Below are positions 14,046 through 26,200 of a DNA stretch of 64,000 nt, one piece after another; the stretch's first letter is position 1; each line of letters starts with the position of its first letter. This stretch comes from Octopus bimaculoides (lineage: Eukaryota). The notes beneath the pieces were generated by a model. It was not told the DNA's origin, did not search any database, and was given only the letters and a program-made list of their open reading frames with translations. The translations under genes were made by a program, and so were the position numbers. Location: NCBI RefSeq assembly GCF_001194135.2, contig NC_068995.1, forward strand, positions 19,160,042-19,224,041, read 5' to 3'.

Positions 14046-15480
14046 CTTTATGTAATATGTGCAGCAATCTATCAACTAATGTTAGAAAGCTCTCTCACTT
14101 TTCTACGAAACAGGTACACGTATGCATATGCGCATAAATGCTGGCAAACACACACACACACACCCATCCACACACACACACACAGATACACACAGATACA
14201 CACATAAAAAAACACACACAGAAACACACAAAAACACACGCATACGTGAACGTGTTTGTTTTAAAGCTTCACTTATGTATAGTTATGCGTCAAATACATT
14301 CACAGATTAAATTAAAATATCCCAAATTGCTTTTAAGTAGATTATTGTATTTTGTTTTATATTTATAAAGAAATGGTTCACAGTAACTTCGAAAGTTTTG
14401 TTTGGGTCGCCTTTATCAGACACATGACAGCTACTAAACCGTTATGAATGCCGAGAGAGAGAGAGAGAAAGACAGAAGAAAGGGAGATCAATCTTTCTTT
14501 CTCACCCGCTACCTCTCTCTCTCCCTCTCTCTCTCTCGATATATATATATATATANNNNNNNNNNNNNNNNNNNNNNNNNNNNNNNNNNNNNNNNNNNNN
14601 NNNNNNNNNNNNNNNNNNNNNNNNNNNNNNNNNNNNNNNNNNNNNNNNNNNNNNNNNNNNNNNNNNNNNNNNNNNNNNNNNNNNNNNNNNNNNNNNNNNN
14701 NNNNNNNNNNNNNNNNNNNNNNNNNNNNNNNNNNNNNNNNNNNNNNNNNNNNNNNNNNNNNNNNNNNNNNNNNNNNNNNNNNNNNNNNNNNNNNNNNNNN
14801 NNNNNNNNNNNNNNNNNNNNNNNNNNNNNNNNNNNNNNNNNNNNNNNNNNNNNNNNNNNNNNNNNNNNNNNNNNNNNNNNNNNNNNNNNNNNNNNNNNNN
14901 NNNNNNNNNNNNNNNNNNNNNNNNNNNNNNNNNNNNNNNNNNNNNNNNNNNNNNNNNNNNNNNNNNNNNNNNNNNNNNNNNNNNNNNNNNNNNNNNNNNN
15001 NNNNNNNNNNNNNNNNNNNNNNNNNNNNNNNNNNNNNNNNNNNNNNNNNNNNNNNNNNNNNNNNNNNNNNNNNNNNNNNNNNNNNNNNNNNNNNNNNNNN
15101 NNNNNNNNNNNNNNNNNNNNNNNNNNNNNNNNNNNNNNNNNNNNNNNNNNNNNNNNNNNNNNNNNNNNNNNNNNNNNNNNNNNNNNNNNNNNNNNNNNNN
15201 NNNNNNNNNNNNNNNNNNNNNNNNNNNNNNNNNNNNNNNNNNNNNNNNNNNNNNNNNNNNNNNNNNNNNNNNNNNNNNNNNNNNNNNNNNNNNNNNNNNT
15301 GTGTGTGTGTTTGTGTGTGTGTATACGTACATACATAGCGCGTGATATCCGTGTTGCACTGCTCTAGGACGATTTGGCCCGGTAAGATTCAGGATGAAAC
15401 GCTCAGCAACAGTTGCTTATCGTGTTTTTGTTAAACGTGGACCACATTACCATTTCGACAATAGAGGTCCTCAAATCACA

Positions 15481-15890
15481 TCCTATGATACTGAATAATA
15501 GAAGTAGTTCTAAATACAGTATGTATGCACCGATGAGGTTATACTTAAGAAAGGCAATCCAATAGACATACATTGCTAAATGTATGACTATTTCAGATAC
15601 TCAGTTCACCTCCGATGATATTGAATAACTAAAGTAGGTCTAGATACAGTATGTACGCATGAATAAAGTTATTGTTAAGAAAGACAAGCATGTAGTCATA
15701 CATTAGTAATTCTGTCGTATGGGCTTTTGAGACGGTAGGTTGTGAATTGTGTAAGTCTTGGCTAGTTTTCCTTTCAGGTTGATACAGGAAGCCTTTTGCC
15801 GTCGGAAGCGCTTGTATAATCTTCTCATATCTCTTCTTGTCCACCTCCTTGTACAATATTTGCAGTACCTGTCTGGGTTTTTCCGTCATT
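15481..15890 (-). repeat. Diverged tandem duplication (about 130-bp period) at the end of an 86-codon ORF; probable retroelement remnant
   Basis: 15481-15580 aligns with 15611-15710 (ATGATA.TGAATAA..AAGTAG.TCTA.ATACAGTATGTA.GCA...AAGAAAG.CAA...CATACATT). Confidence 0.6.
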
Positions 15891-16344
15891 ACGAATTTAT
15901 GTAAACGAATTACGCTGAGATGTTTGTATTAACACTTTCTCCATCCCGCCACTTCTTTCTTTCTCTCCTCTCTTGTTTCTCTCAAATAATAATCTCTTAC
16001 AGAAATATGAATTCTTACATTAGTAAAAGAAATTAAAATATAAGGGACGTTGTAATTAAGGAAATCATTAGTTAAGATGTGTTATATATTTGGAAATAGG
16101 TTTATGAATTGTGGACCAACTTCACGTTGGTTTCGATGCAGCTTTTTATGTAAAAATATGTAATGCCTTGAGGAAATGTATATACGATAAAAGAGACTTC
16201 TACCTATCTCAAATTAGAGGAAGAATATTGATTTAAGTTGGTTATGACTTAACTCAAAATTGCACTGGGAATCTCTTAATGTCATTTTGAGTGTGTGTGT
16301 AGCAGGAAAATTCATTGATATGTCGCTCTTTCAATTTGTAATAC

Positions 16345-16562
16345 ATTGCTTTCAAAGTTTGGAATAAGAAATGCAGTTTCGGGGATGTGGTTAAGTCAAA
16401 TACCTCACTCCCAGTGCTCAACTGGTACTTATTTTATCGACCCGAAAAGGATGAAAGATGAAGTCGACCATGGCGGAATTATTACTCAGAACATCAAAAC
16501 GGACGAAAAGCAGCTAAGCATTTTCCCCAGCTAGATAACGATTTCTGCTATTTCACAGCCTT
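16345..16562 (-). mobile_element. SINE family A
   Basis: GGTACTTATTTTATCGACCCGAAAAGGATGAAAGATGAAGTCGACC.TGGCGGAAT...ACGATTTCTGC. Confidence 0.85.
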
Positions 16563-16708
16563 AGTTTTGTTATATATATTGCTCATCGTATGCTTTTCAG
16601 TTTTGAGTGTGCATAAGACCCATCTTACAAATTCGAATGCCGTATCAGTTTTCGATAACGGAGAACTTTAGAATCCGATAGCTTTAATTTCAATGCCATG
16701 TACAGAAG

Positions 16709-16738
16709 ACACCACCACCACCACCACCACCACCACCA
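16709..16738. repeat. (ACC)n microsatellite
   Basis: Direct read. Confidence 0.9.
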
Positions 16739-17114
16739 CGGCAAGGTTTCGAATTCTGGTTAAACGACTTCTTTTAATGTTATAAACACATTTAGGAAAG
16801 CATAAAAACCTCAGCAAATTATTTTCTCGTATATAAATGTTAGGTATACTTACGAAGAAAATCAATATTTAACAAATGAGTGATAATGAAGAATTTTCTC
16901 TTCTTGATTACTGAGCACAAGTTGTAACGTTTTAAGGAAAGACAAATAGTATGAAAGTTCATGTCAAATCCAATGTGTTAGAGGAATAAATTCAATGAAA
17001 TCTTTTCTTCTGGGAATAGAAATGTTATTGGTCTCTCATTTCCTTGAAAATTATTTCTTGGATTAGTATGTTCTTCACGAGTAAACTAAATACCAAATGT
17101 ATGAAAGAAGCCAG

Positions 17115-17400
17115 CATGACTGTGCGGTTAAGAAGTTTATTTTGCAACCATGTGGGCCCGCATGCGCGCATTTCATTGTGTGTGTGTGTGTGTGTGTGTG
17201 TTCCTTTACCGTTTAGGCAATGGGTGTTTTTCTGTATGTCCCCGAAACGTAGTGGGTCGTCTCAAAAGAAAGAATATGCACTCGATTTCAAATACGAGTT
17301 TCCTGTCGATATGTTTGACTAATATCATTTAAAGCGGCACCGCAGCATGGCTGCAGTCCAATGGCTGTAACAAGTAAAAGAACGCAAAAGACAGGCCAGT
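17115..17400 (+). mobile_element. SINE family B, degenerate
   Basis: Head CATGACTGTGCGGTTAAGAAG, internal (TG)n, tail GCAGCATGGCTGCAGTCCAATGGCTG..ACAAGTAAAAGA. Confidence 0.65.
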
Positions 17401-18864
17401 ATTTTACCATTTGCTAATGTCATAAACTGCGTACAAACTAACAATTTGTTTGAAAGTGATACTAACATATAAGCAGTGTCACCCAGTTCATTAGGTTAAA
17501 GTATTTAAAAATGAATGTAGTGCGCACAGATCAAACAGAAAACATGTAGGCATATACACACTATATCCAGTTAGTCTTATTTTATGTGTTATGAAAGTAT
17601 ACTGTATTTTCCAAGGAAAGATTATAACTTACTGACGAATCAGGCATGTTATAAAGTTCGCCTAATTTGACTACTCAGTAAATGAATGCTGTTTTATATA
17701 TCGTCATCATACCAAAAGTAGATTAAGAATAAAGAACTATATCTAAACAAAGCAGTGAACCAGGCTACGAATGTGAAATAGTTATTGATAGACTCGGTGA
17801 AGGTAATCTTTAGAAATAGGTGATAATTGAACATCCAGTAACCTAGAAATAATTACCAGTGCGTCTTTGGGGAAATTTGAGGTGGCTGGTGAAAATTTGA
17901 GATTTAGTAGATTTGTGCATGATGATAATAATGCACGTAATGTTTTTCTCCGGAATGATTATCAAAAGGTTAAAGAGTGGACGAGAAAGCCGGGAGGAGT
18001 AGAAGCTGTTGGCATAGGTTGGTAAATGATGAGGTGATTCACTAATGGTTACAGCTAAAAGATATTGGTTTTCATCCATTATTTCGTAAGAAAGTCGCAA
18101 TGACGTCGTTGATTAGAATGAAGTTAATGTCCACAGGGCATAACGTGGAAAGCGCAGGTTTCATTTCTTCGGTTTTATAACATTGATCACTGACTTCAAT
18201 TATTTCCTTTTTAAAGTGTTGTCAGCTTTAAATGGCCTTCAAATAAATTCTTGTACAGTGATATACAATAATATTCTGGAATGCGTCAAGATATTCTTGC
18301 AATTAGAAGTATTTGTATCTGTTATAAAGTTTCTCAAGTGAACAAAGAATATTAAAGCCTAGTTCACAAATTCAAAAGTCCATTCAATAAGAGTGAGTGC
18401 TCAATTTCATTGCAAAAAGAATAAAATCAGCGATATTTGCATGAAAGAAAATTTGAAAAGATTTATTTTAATTTCATAGAAAGAAAGTAATACGTAACAT
18501 TCATGCCTTTCCCAAGGGTTCATGTGACAAATATGAAATGTTATTTATTGAAGAGAAAGTAGACGTAAATGGAAACGGCTGTTCGATCTTCAATGCCTAA
18601 CAAACAATTTCAAATACATTAAAATTACTACACACACAGAAAGCGAACAGAAAAACAGTCAGTAAATTTAGATATCATTCTTCAGTAGGATCCAGTTTAA
18701 AAGAAAACAACGCAAAAGTGAATTTGTATTTATTGTTGTGATTAGCCGCGTCTAGGAGGATCAAAATATTTCTGAAAAACAAATAAGTTGTATAATGCTG
18801 ATTAACGACAGGAAAGAATGTGTGTGTGTGTATGTGTATGAGTGCACATGTATGCATATTTGAG

Positions 18865-18907
<43 letters not shown>

Positions 18908-19289
18908 ACGCAAACACACGCACACACATATACATATATATATTTTTCACAAAGTTCCTCTGTATACATATTTATATATAAGTATATATCTTTTCGGTTT
19001 ATCTCGACACATTTCCTCTAAAATTTAGAGCCAGCGTTGAAAGTTACGACATAAATAATGCAATCAAGAATAGAAATAGTAGGTACGGAGTGTATATGCA
19101 TACTTCTGCTTCAGCACCACATCCAGCCAATTAACCATCCTCGAATACATTGGCTTAAATACACAATAAGTGTAACAATGTGACATTACAGGTTACACCA
19201 TTGCTGGAAACTTGCACGTACATATCAGTTACAGGTAGCGACGCCGTATTCCATTTTGAAGCTATATTATATACTACGGAGTATATTGA

Positions 19290-19862
19290 AGTTGATCGGT
19301 TTTTTTTTTTTATTGCTTCTTCCATTTTCATTAGTTCTTGACAGTAAACATCTGAATTGATCATTTGGTGCCTTGGAAGCAGCTCAAAACGCGCAATACC
19401 TCTGTAATCCAGCCAAAATAACAGCATGGCCTATTTTATGCAATTCAGCTTTCGATGTGGTTTGTGCTGGTTCATTACGCTTAGAAAATAATCGTTTTCG
19501 ATGGATGTTATTGTAGACAATCAATTTTACCTCACCAGTGATGATTCGTTTGAAAAACAAAAGTTGATTTCATTGGGTTGGAACTGCATATCGCAAATAT
19601 TGATTCGCTGTGAATCTCTTTCAATTTATGTGGAACCCAAATATCGAGATTCTTAACGAGTCCAAGATATTTTAAGTGATTTTCAATTGTTGTGTGTGAT
19701 ATATTTAACCTCGTTGCAATCTCTCGCACATATATATGAGATTCAGATTCAAATATGGCTTTGATTCTGACATCATCACCTTCAGTAGGCCGATCAGAAC
19801 GCTGGTCGACTTTGAGTGAAAAATCTCCAGAAAGGAACTTTTTGAACCATATATATGCGCGT
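19290..19862 (-). mobile_element. Mariner (SETMAR-like) transposase remnant, truncated at both ends
   Basis: WFKKFLSGDFSLKVDQRSDRP...IENHLKYLGLVKNLDIWVPHKL and MLLFWLDYRGIARFELLPRHQMINSDVYCQEL. Confidence 0.92.
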
Positions 19863-19869
19863 GAGTAGA

Positions 19870-20362
19870 CAAACGAAAAAAGGGCAATCAACACATTTAT
19901 TGGGAGTTACATGTATTGAACGAAACAGTTTGATCCAAACCCATTGGTACTCTGATTTTCAAACGTCTGGCTATTCTTTGGCCATGGAGATCTGAATGAC
20001 ACTTCCATGGTAGAGATTCAATGCTTATTAATGTACATCAGCCTGCGTTTCGTCGAGAAAGGTAACGCATTGTAGCAGTTTGGTGTCGATATTTCAGCGA
20101 CAACAATTACTTGGAAAATACTGCAGGGTGAACAGGAAATTGACCGGGTGGCGGAAAAGAAATCGGTTGAGTGGTTGAAGAAAATATGAAGGGGTGGTAG
20201 ATGTGGGGGTATTTATGTATATATGTACATGTATATGGCCATGAATCTGCATATATGCATCCGTACTTATACGAGTCTATATGTGTGCTTAGATGTACAT
20301 TCACACATCCACTCCGCGCATGCAAGCACGCTCACAGACATACACATATACACACAGGAAGG

Positions 20363-20394
<32 letters not shown>

Positions 20395-21923
20395 GACACA
20401 TATACACACGCACGCATACACATACATACACACGGAGGACACGCATGTGCACACATACATACACACGGAGGACACGCATGTGCACACATTTATCTCCATG
20501 TATGTACGAGTGCACAGGATCATACGCACACGCGAGCGTATCACGAGTGTGTAACTTTACATTCATGCACACCCACGCGTGCATAAGTACGCCAGCGCGC
20601 ACACATCCGTGCTCATGCATACGGTGAGCAGAAGCATATGCACACTGGACATGGGCACGCGCTCACATATTCTTGCGTGATCATGAATAAGAAGTGATGT
20701 ACAATGGGTGAGACTATGTAGGTAGTCAGGCATGGAGAAGTGTTGGGCACTGGTGATTTGCAGTGCTGTCATGGGGGTTAATTTGTGACGGCGTCTTTGG
20801 TGCAGGTGGTGCTAGTGGTAGCTTGTAGTGAGGATATATATCCGGGTTGTCGGAGACCAGTGCCTTAAAATTTAGGAGAAGCTTTTACGTTGATGACAGC
20901 AATACGATGACGCGTATTTCTTGTTGAATCATACCGCGGGTTGGTAGATGATATGTAGTTTTACGCGGACGCACAGCTGATAATTAGGGGCACCGGATAA
21001 ATACGGTGGCGGCCTGTCGGTAATAGCGTGACAGGCAAGTGGAGTTCTCGCTGTCTCTGGATCTAAATGAATGCAAGTTCTGGTAATATCTCCACTTGAA
21101 GTCATTGGCTGGTCATGTAGTCATTTAAGGATGTAAGGATGGGGTGAGAATGATGCCAAAATCTTACCTTCTTTATATGTTCCATCAGTCAGTCCTGAAG
21201 TGTTCAAGGTCTTTCATACACGAGGAGTACTTTCGGGATTTAAACTCAGACTTATCCGCTGTTGTAGTAGTGGAAGTGTACTCGTAGAAGAAAGCTTTCT
21301 AGCGTCTTCGTTTGTTGACACTATCGGTCTTCTCTGTGCATCACATACTCAGCGAGTACGGTAATGGTTGTCTCTCCATTGCAAATTGTTTGTCAGATGT
21401 TCGTGAATGGCACTCAACATAGTTTGAAGCAATTATACGAGTGACCAGACAGATAAAAGAAAGGCATCTAACATATTTATTGGGGGCTTACATGCATAGA
21501 TCAAAGCAGTTTGATCCAGACTCCTTGGTACTCTGAGTTTCAAGCACATGGTTAGTCTTTGGCCATTGGGGTATGAATGAGAGTTTCATTGAAGGGAGTC
21601 AATGTTTATTACTGGACGTTAACCGGCGATTGGTCGAGAAAGGTATAGCGGTTTGATGGTGGTAGTTCAGCGACAACAATTGGAAAATACCGCATGGCAA
21701 TCAGGAAATCGACCGTGTGGAGAACAGGAAATCGACCGCTTGGTGGACAAGAAATTGGTCGTGTTGTTGGGAGGAGTATGAAGGGGTGGTAGTTGTGGGG
21801 TTATATATGTATATACGTACATGTATATGTCCATATATCTGCGTGTAAGCATCCGTACTTATACGAGTAGGTGTGTACATTCCTACATCCACGTCCGCAC
21901 ATACGCCTTCGCCACACACGCGC

Positions 21924-21957
<34 letters not shown>

Positions 21958-22325
21958 AATGGAACAAAAAACGCAATAGAGGACAATAAAACATTCGGAC
22001 AGATAGACTATACAAAGGTGGACAAGAGAAACGACAATTAGAAGGACGGGTCATTTGTGGCCTTCTTTCCTCAGTCAGCTACCAGAAGTCACGACCGTTT
22101 CGGGCAGTTACANNNNNNNNNNAGAACAGGAAATCGACCGCTTGGTGGACAAGAAATTGGTCGTGTTGTTGGGAGGAGTATGAAGGGGTGGTAGTTGTGG
22201 GGTTATATATGTATATACGTACATGTATATGTCCATATATCTGCGTGTAAGCATCCGTACTTATACGAGTAGGTGTGTACATTCCTACATCCACGTCCGC
22301 ACATACGCCTTCGCCACACACGCGC

Positions 22326-22330
<5 letters not shown>
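19870..22330 (-). mobile_element. Composite decayed element with two diverged direct repeats of about 460 bp; probable Penelope-like retroelement
   Basis: 19870-20330 is homologous to 21455-21915 (roughly 70% identity by eye); weak CLKLRVPRSL similarity to the PLE N-terminal CxxxxxxPKG motif; half hammerhead motif at 22086-22112. Confidence 0.5.
20421..20486. repeat. Two exact 33-bp tandem copies
   Basis: CATACATACACACGGAGGACACGCATGTGCACA twice. Confidence 0.95.
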
Positions 22331-22359
<29 letters not shown>

Positions 22360-22389
22360 GCTATTTTCATGATTTCCACGCATTTTCAA

Positions 22390-23590
22390 TGCCACTACTT
22401 ATCAACGAATAGTTTGATAATTGTGTACTTATGGGTCGTAAATGTGACTGAACCTCTTCAGAGAAGTCTGTTGCTACTTCTGAACTTGCAAAAGGTATAT
22501 CAACATTAGAAACATCTAAAAAAAATTGGAAGATATCACCAATCTGTGAAAATATTTGTTTCAGCTCTTACGAAGATGCGCAAGGTAGTCGACAAGGCTC
22601 AGTCGAAGGTTATTTCTCAACGTTCTCTGCCACGATTTAAGCGTGAAGCTGTAAAGTACCCAGGGCTTACAAGTGGAGAACTTTTCAAACGCAATGTCGT
22701 CGTCTGAAAAAGGTCGGTAAACCAGTGACATCAATTAAAAGGACTCTAAAAAAAATTACATTTACAAAATCATCTGAAATGGGCATCAGATAATATAAAG
22801 GTCGACTTTTCGAAAGTTTGTTGGTTTGTTTATGGACGAGACTCGTACTACCCTTGATATATGGAGCAAGTGATTGGTTGTAAATGAACGAGATCGCCGT
22901 AAACGCTGGAGACGCCAACAAAGAGGAGGCATCATGATGTGAGCAGGTATTATTGGGGGTATTATGGTTGGTCCTTGGAAGTTCTTGACTGTATTAAAAT
23001 AACCGCGGATGCTTAGATAGCCTGTTTGATGGAGCACCTTGAAACTTGGCTAAATAAGCAAAGCATCCCCTTCAAGACAACCATAATATTCATGCAAGAT
23101 GGCGCGCTCTCGCACTCAGTGAAGAAAACAACAAGTTTTCCTGAACAATCAGGCTTTTGTGGGCCTCGGAAGATGAAGTGGCCTGCCTGTTTATCCCGAC
23201 TTAAACCCGATGGAAAAACATGTGGAGCATTCTAAAGCGACGAGTTTACGAGAATGTACACAAATCTATGAGCAAAAATGAAGATTGGCACGCAACAGTA
23301 GATACATCTTGTGGTATAACATCAGAGGAGATCTGGAAATTAGCATGTTTCATGGACCTGCGTCTTTTCCAACTTATTTCAAATAAACGCTCATATATTC
23401 CTTACTTTTGAACGATGTTTGTTTGTTTCTATTCCTACTATGTTTACGACTGTATGTGTATATTCCAGTATATGCATCAGAATATCAAATTACTATTTTC
23501 TTGTTTACATGAGATTTAAGTACAAGTCGCTGACGTAAATTTGGCAAATGACCTTTGTTTCTGTGTTACATAGCTAATAAATTTGAAACG
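22390..23590 (+). mobile_element. Tc1-like DNA transposon remnant (DD37E spacing)
   Basis: N-terminus MGRKCD...; catalytic region FMQDGALSH...KWPAC then, after a frameshift, PDLNPME...WSILKRRVY; candidate 3' TIR ending TTTGAAACGCAGTG near 23581-23594. Confidence 0.88.
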
Positions 23591-23619
23591 CAGTGTGTAT
23601 ATATACATACATACATGCA

Positions 23620-23658
<39 letters not shown>

Positions 23659-25116
23659 TTGTATATATGTATATATATAACTATATATATGTATGTATGT
23701 GTATATATATATATGTGTTTGTGTATATATATCTATACATATATATATATATATATATATANNNNNNNNNNNNNNNNNNNNNNNNNNNNNNNNNNNNNNN
23801 NNNNNNNNNNNNNNNNNNNNNNNNNNNNNNNNNNNNNNNNNNNNNNNNNNNNNNNNNNNNNNNNNNNNNNNNNNNNNNNNNNNNNNNNNNNNNNNNNNNN
23901 NNNNNNNNNNNNNNNNNNNNNNNNNNNNNNNNNNNNNNNNNNNNNNNNNNNNNNNNNNNNNNNNNNNNNNNNNNNNNNNNNNNNNNNNNNNNNNNNNNNN
24001 NNNNNNNNNNNNNNNNNNNNNNNNNNNNNNNNNNNNNNNNNNNNNNNNNNNNNNNNNNNNNNNNNNNNTATATATATGTATGTATGTATGTATGTATATA
24101 TATACTATACTTATATGTATAGTTACAATAATAACACCTCCAAATCTGCATATATGTTTTAAAAAATATATTCGAATAACTTCTTCCTTTACTGAACATG
24201 CCAAAAATGTGTACTAAACTATGGCCATCTGTTGATCCAGAAATTGTGTTTCCTGTTTTTTTTTTATTTCGCTTTTTATCTGTCATAGACATCCTTTAAA
24301 TTTGCGTCTACTTCTGCAAGAATCTGAAAAGACAAAACAGATCAGCTGTACAAACTAATTTCAAAATTTTGGATTTCTTTGTGGAGAATGCTTCATTCTT
24401 CCAAAAATCTTCACGTCTACGGCATTCTTATGTTTCCTTAGATGTTGCATATGTCAGGACTCCAAAGTAAGTCCCATTCCTTGTCTAAAAGAAAGCATTT
24501 GTCATTTTGTTTAGAATTACAATATTCTATCCATGTTTGATCAACATTAGTGGAAAATATGTTACATGCTTTGTTGTACAATTCATAGGACCCGGTGAGG
24601 ATTTGCCATCCTTGGCGTTTAAAGTTACGCCATGTTTCAGCTAAACACTTACAGAATCTCATCTGATTATTTTCTAAATATATGAATGATTTCCAATTCA
24701 TAATGCAAGTTCTGAATCTGGAGTTAATATATATTGCAAAACCAAATAAGAGCTCTATTGTTGACGTCATATAATGCGAAAATAATGTCATTACTCTACA
24801 CTTATGTCACGTGAAAACAAATACCTCACTCACATTCAGCTACTTACAGAGACGATACCTTGTCCACTTCAAATTCATAAATACGAAAATAGTGCATGCA
24901 TATAGACCAGCGAATGGCATTCTAAATCTAAAATATAGAGAAATAAATAAAAGACGCAAATAGATATTTAGCTAAATATTTATATGGTTAGATATGATAT
25001 GATATATCTCATGTCTATGTGTTAGCATTTCTATATGTGAGCATTTCTGATCACCTAAGCAAGCGCATAACAGAGAAGGCCTGGTGTAGAAATGGAGCCA
25101 GCTACGAAAATGTAGC

Positions 25117-25177
<61 letters not shown>

Positions 25178-25700
25178 CACAATGCACACACNNNNNNNNN
25201 NNNNNNNNNNNNNNNNNNNNNNNNNNNNNNNNNNNNNNNNNNNNNNNNNNNNNNNNNNNNNNNNNNNNNNNNNNNNNNNNNNNNNNNNNNNNNNNNNNNN
25301 NNNNNNNNNNNNNNNNNNNNNNNNNNNNNNNNNNNNNNNNNNNNNNNNNNNNNNNNNNNNNNNNNNNNNNNNNNNNNNNNNNNNNNNNNNNNNNNNNNNN
25401 NNNNNNNNNNNNNNNNNNNNNNNNNNNNNNNNNNNNNNNNNNNNNNNNNNNNNNNNNNNNNNNNNNNNNNNNNNNNNNNNNNNNNNNNNNNNNNNNNNNN
25501 NNNNNNNNNNNNNNNNNNNNNNNNNNNNNNNNNNNNNNNNNNNNNNNNNNNNNNNNNNNNNNNNNNNNTATATATATATATATATATATATGAGTGTGTA
25601 TGATTGCGTATAGTAAGATATATTTATCAATGAAATTCCAACTTAGTCTGATTTTCACGTTTTAATATTTACAACTTCCACTATTTTGCAATATTGAAAG

Positions 25701-25878
25701 AAACTAGTACTTTCATGCGTTACACAATCATCAGGTTCATATAGTGACAGATATGTTCTGCAATTGACAACGGTGCCAGTCGTGTTCCACAATTGACAAC
25801 TGTGCTAGTTGTCGATTGCGTGACACGACTATCACTGTATAAGTCTGATGATTGCGTAACACATGGAAGTACTAGTTT
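25701..25878. repeat. Inverted repeat, 47-bp arms (MITE-like or inverted pLTR)
   Basis: Reverse complement of 25701-25747 matches 25832-25878 at 40 of 47 positions. Confidence 0.9.
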
Positions 25879-26029
25879 AAGTTAAAATTTCGTTCATTAA
25901 TACACACAGGCATATATCTATATATACTCTCTTTGTGCCTCTGTACAAACACATGCAATGAATGTGTCTGTATGTGTGAGTTTCTTTGTGTCTATGTTTG
26001 TTTTCTTCCTTCATTTGACTACCAGTGTC

Positions 26030-26200
26030 TGTGCGTTTATGTCCACGTAAGTTAGCGGTTGTGAAAAAGGGACGATAAAATAAGTACCAGGCTTAAAAAA
26101 AAACTAAAACATACGTACCGGAATCGATTCGTCCGACTAAAATTCATCAAGTAGATGAACCAGTATGATCGCAGTTCAGTGACTGAAACAAGTACAAGAA
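26030..26200 (+). mobile_element. SINE family B, 3' part
   Basis: GTTTATGTCCACGTAAGTTAGCGGTT...ATAAGTACCAGGCTT...CAGTGACTGAAACAAGTA. Confidence 0.75.

Noticed and set aside
24438-24791. 117-aa Trp/Cys-rich minus-strand ORF
   Set aside because: About one ORF of this length is expected by chance at this AT content; weak acceptor and no recognised motif.
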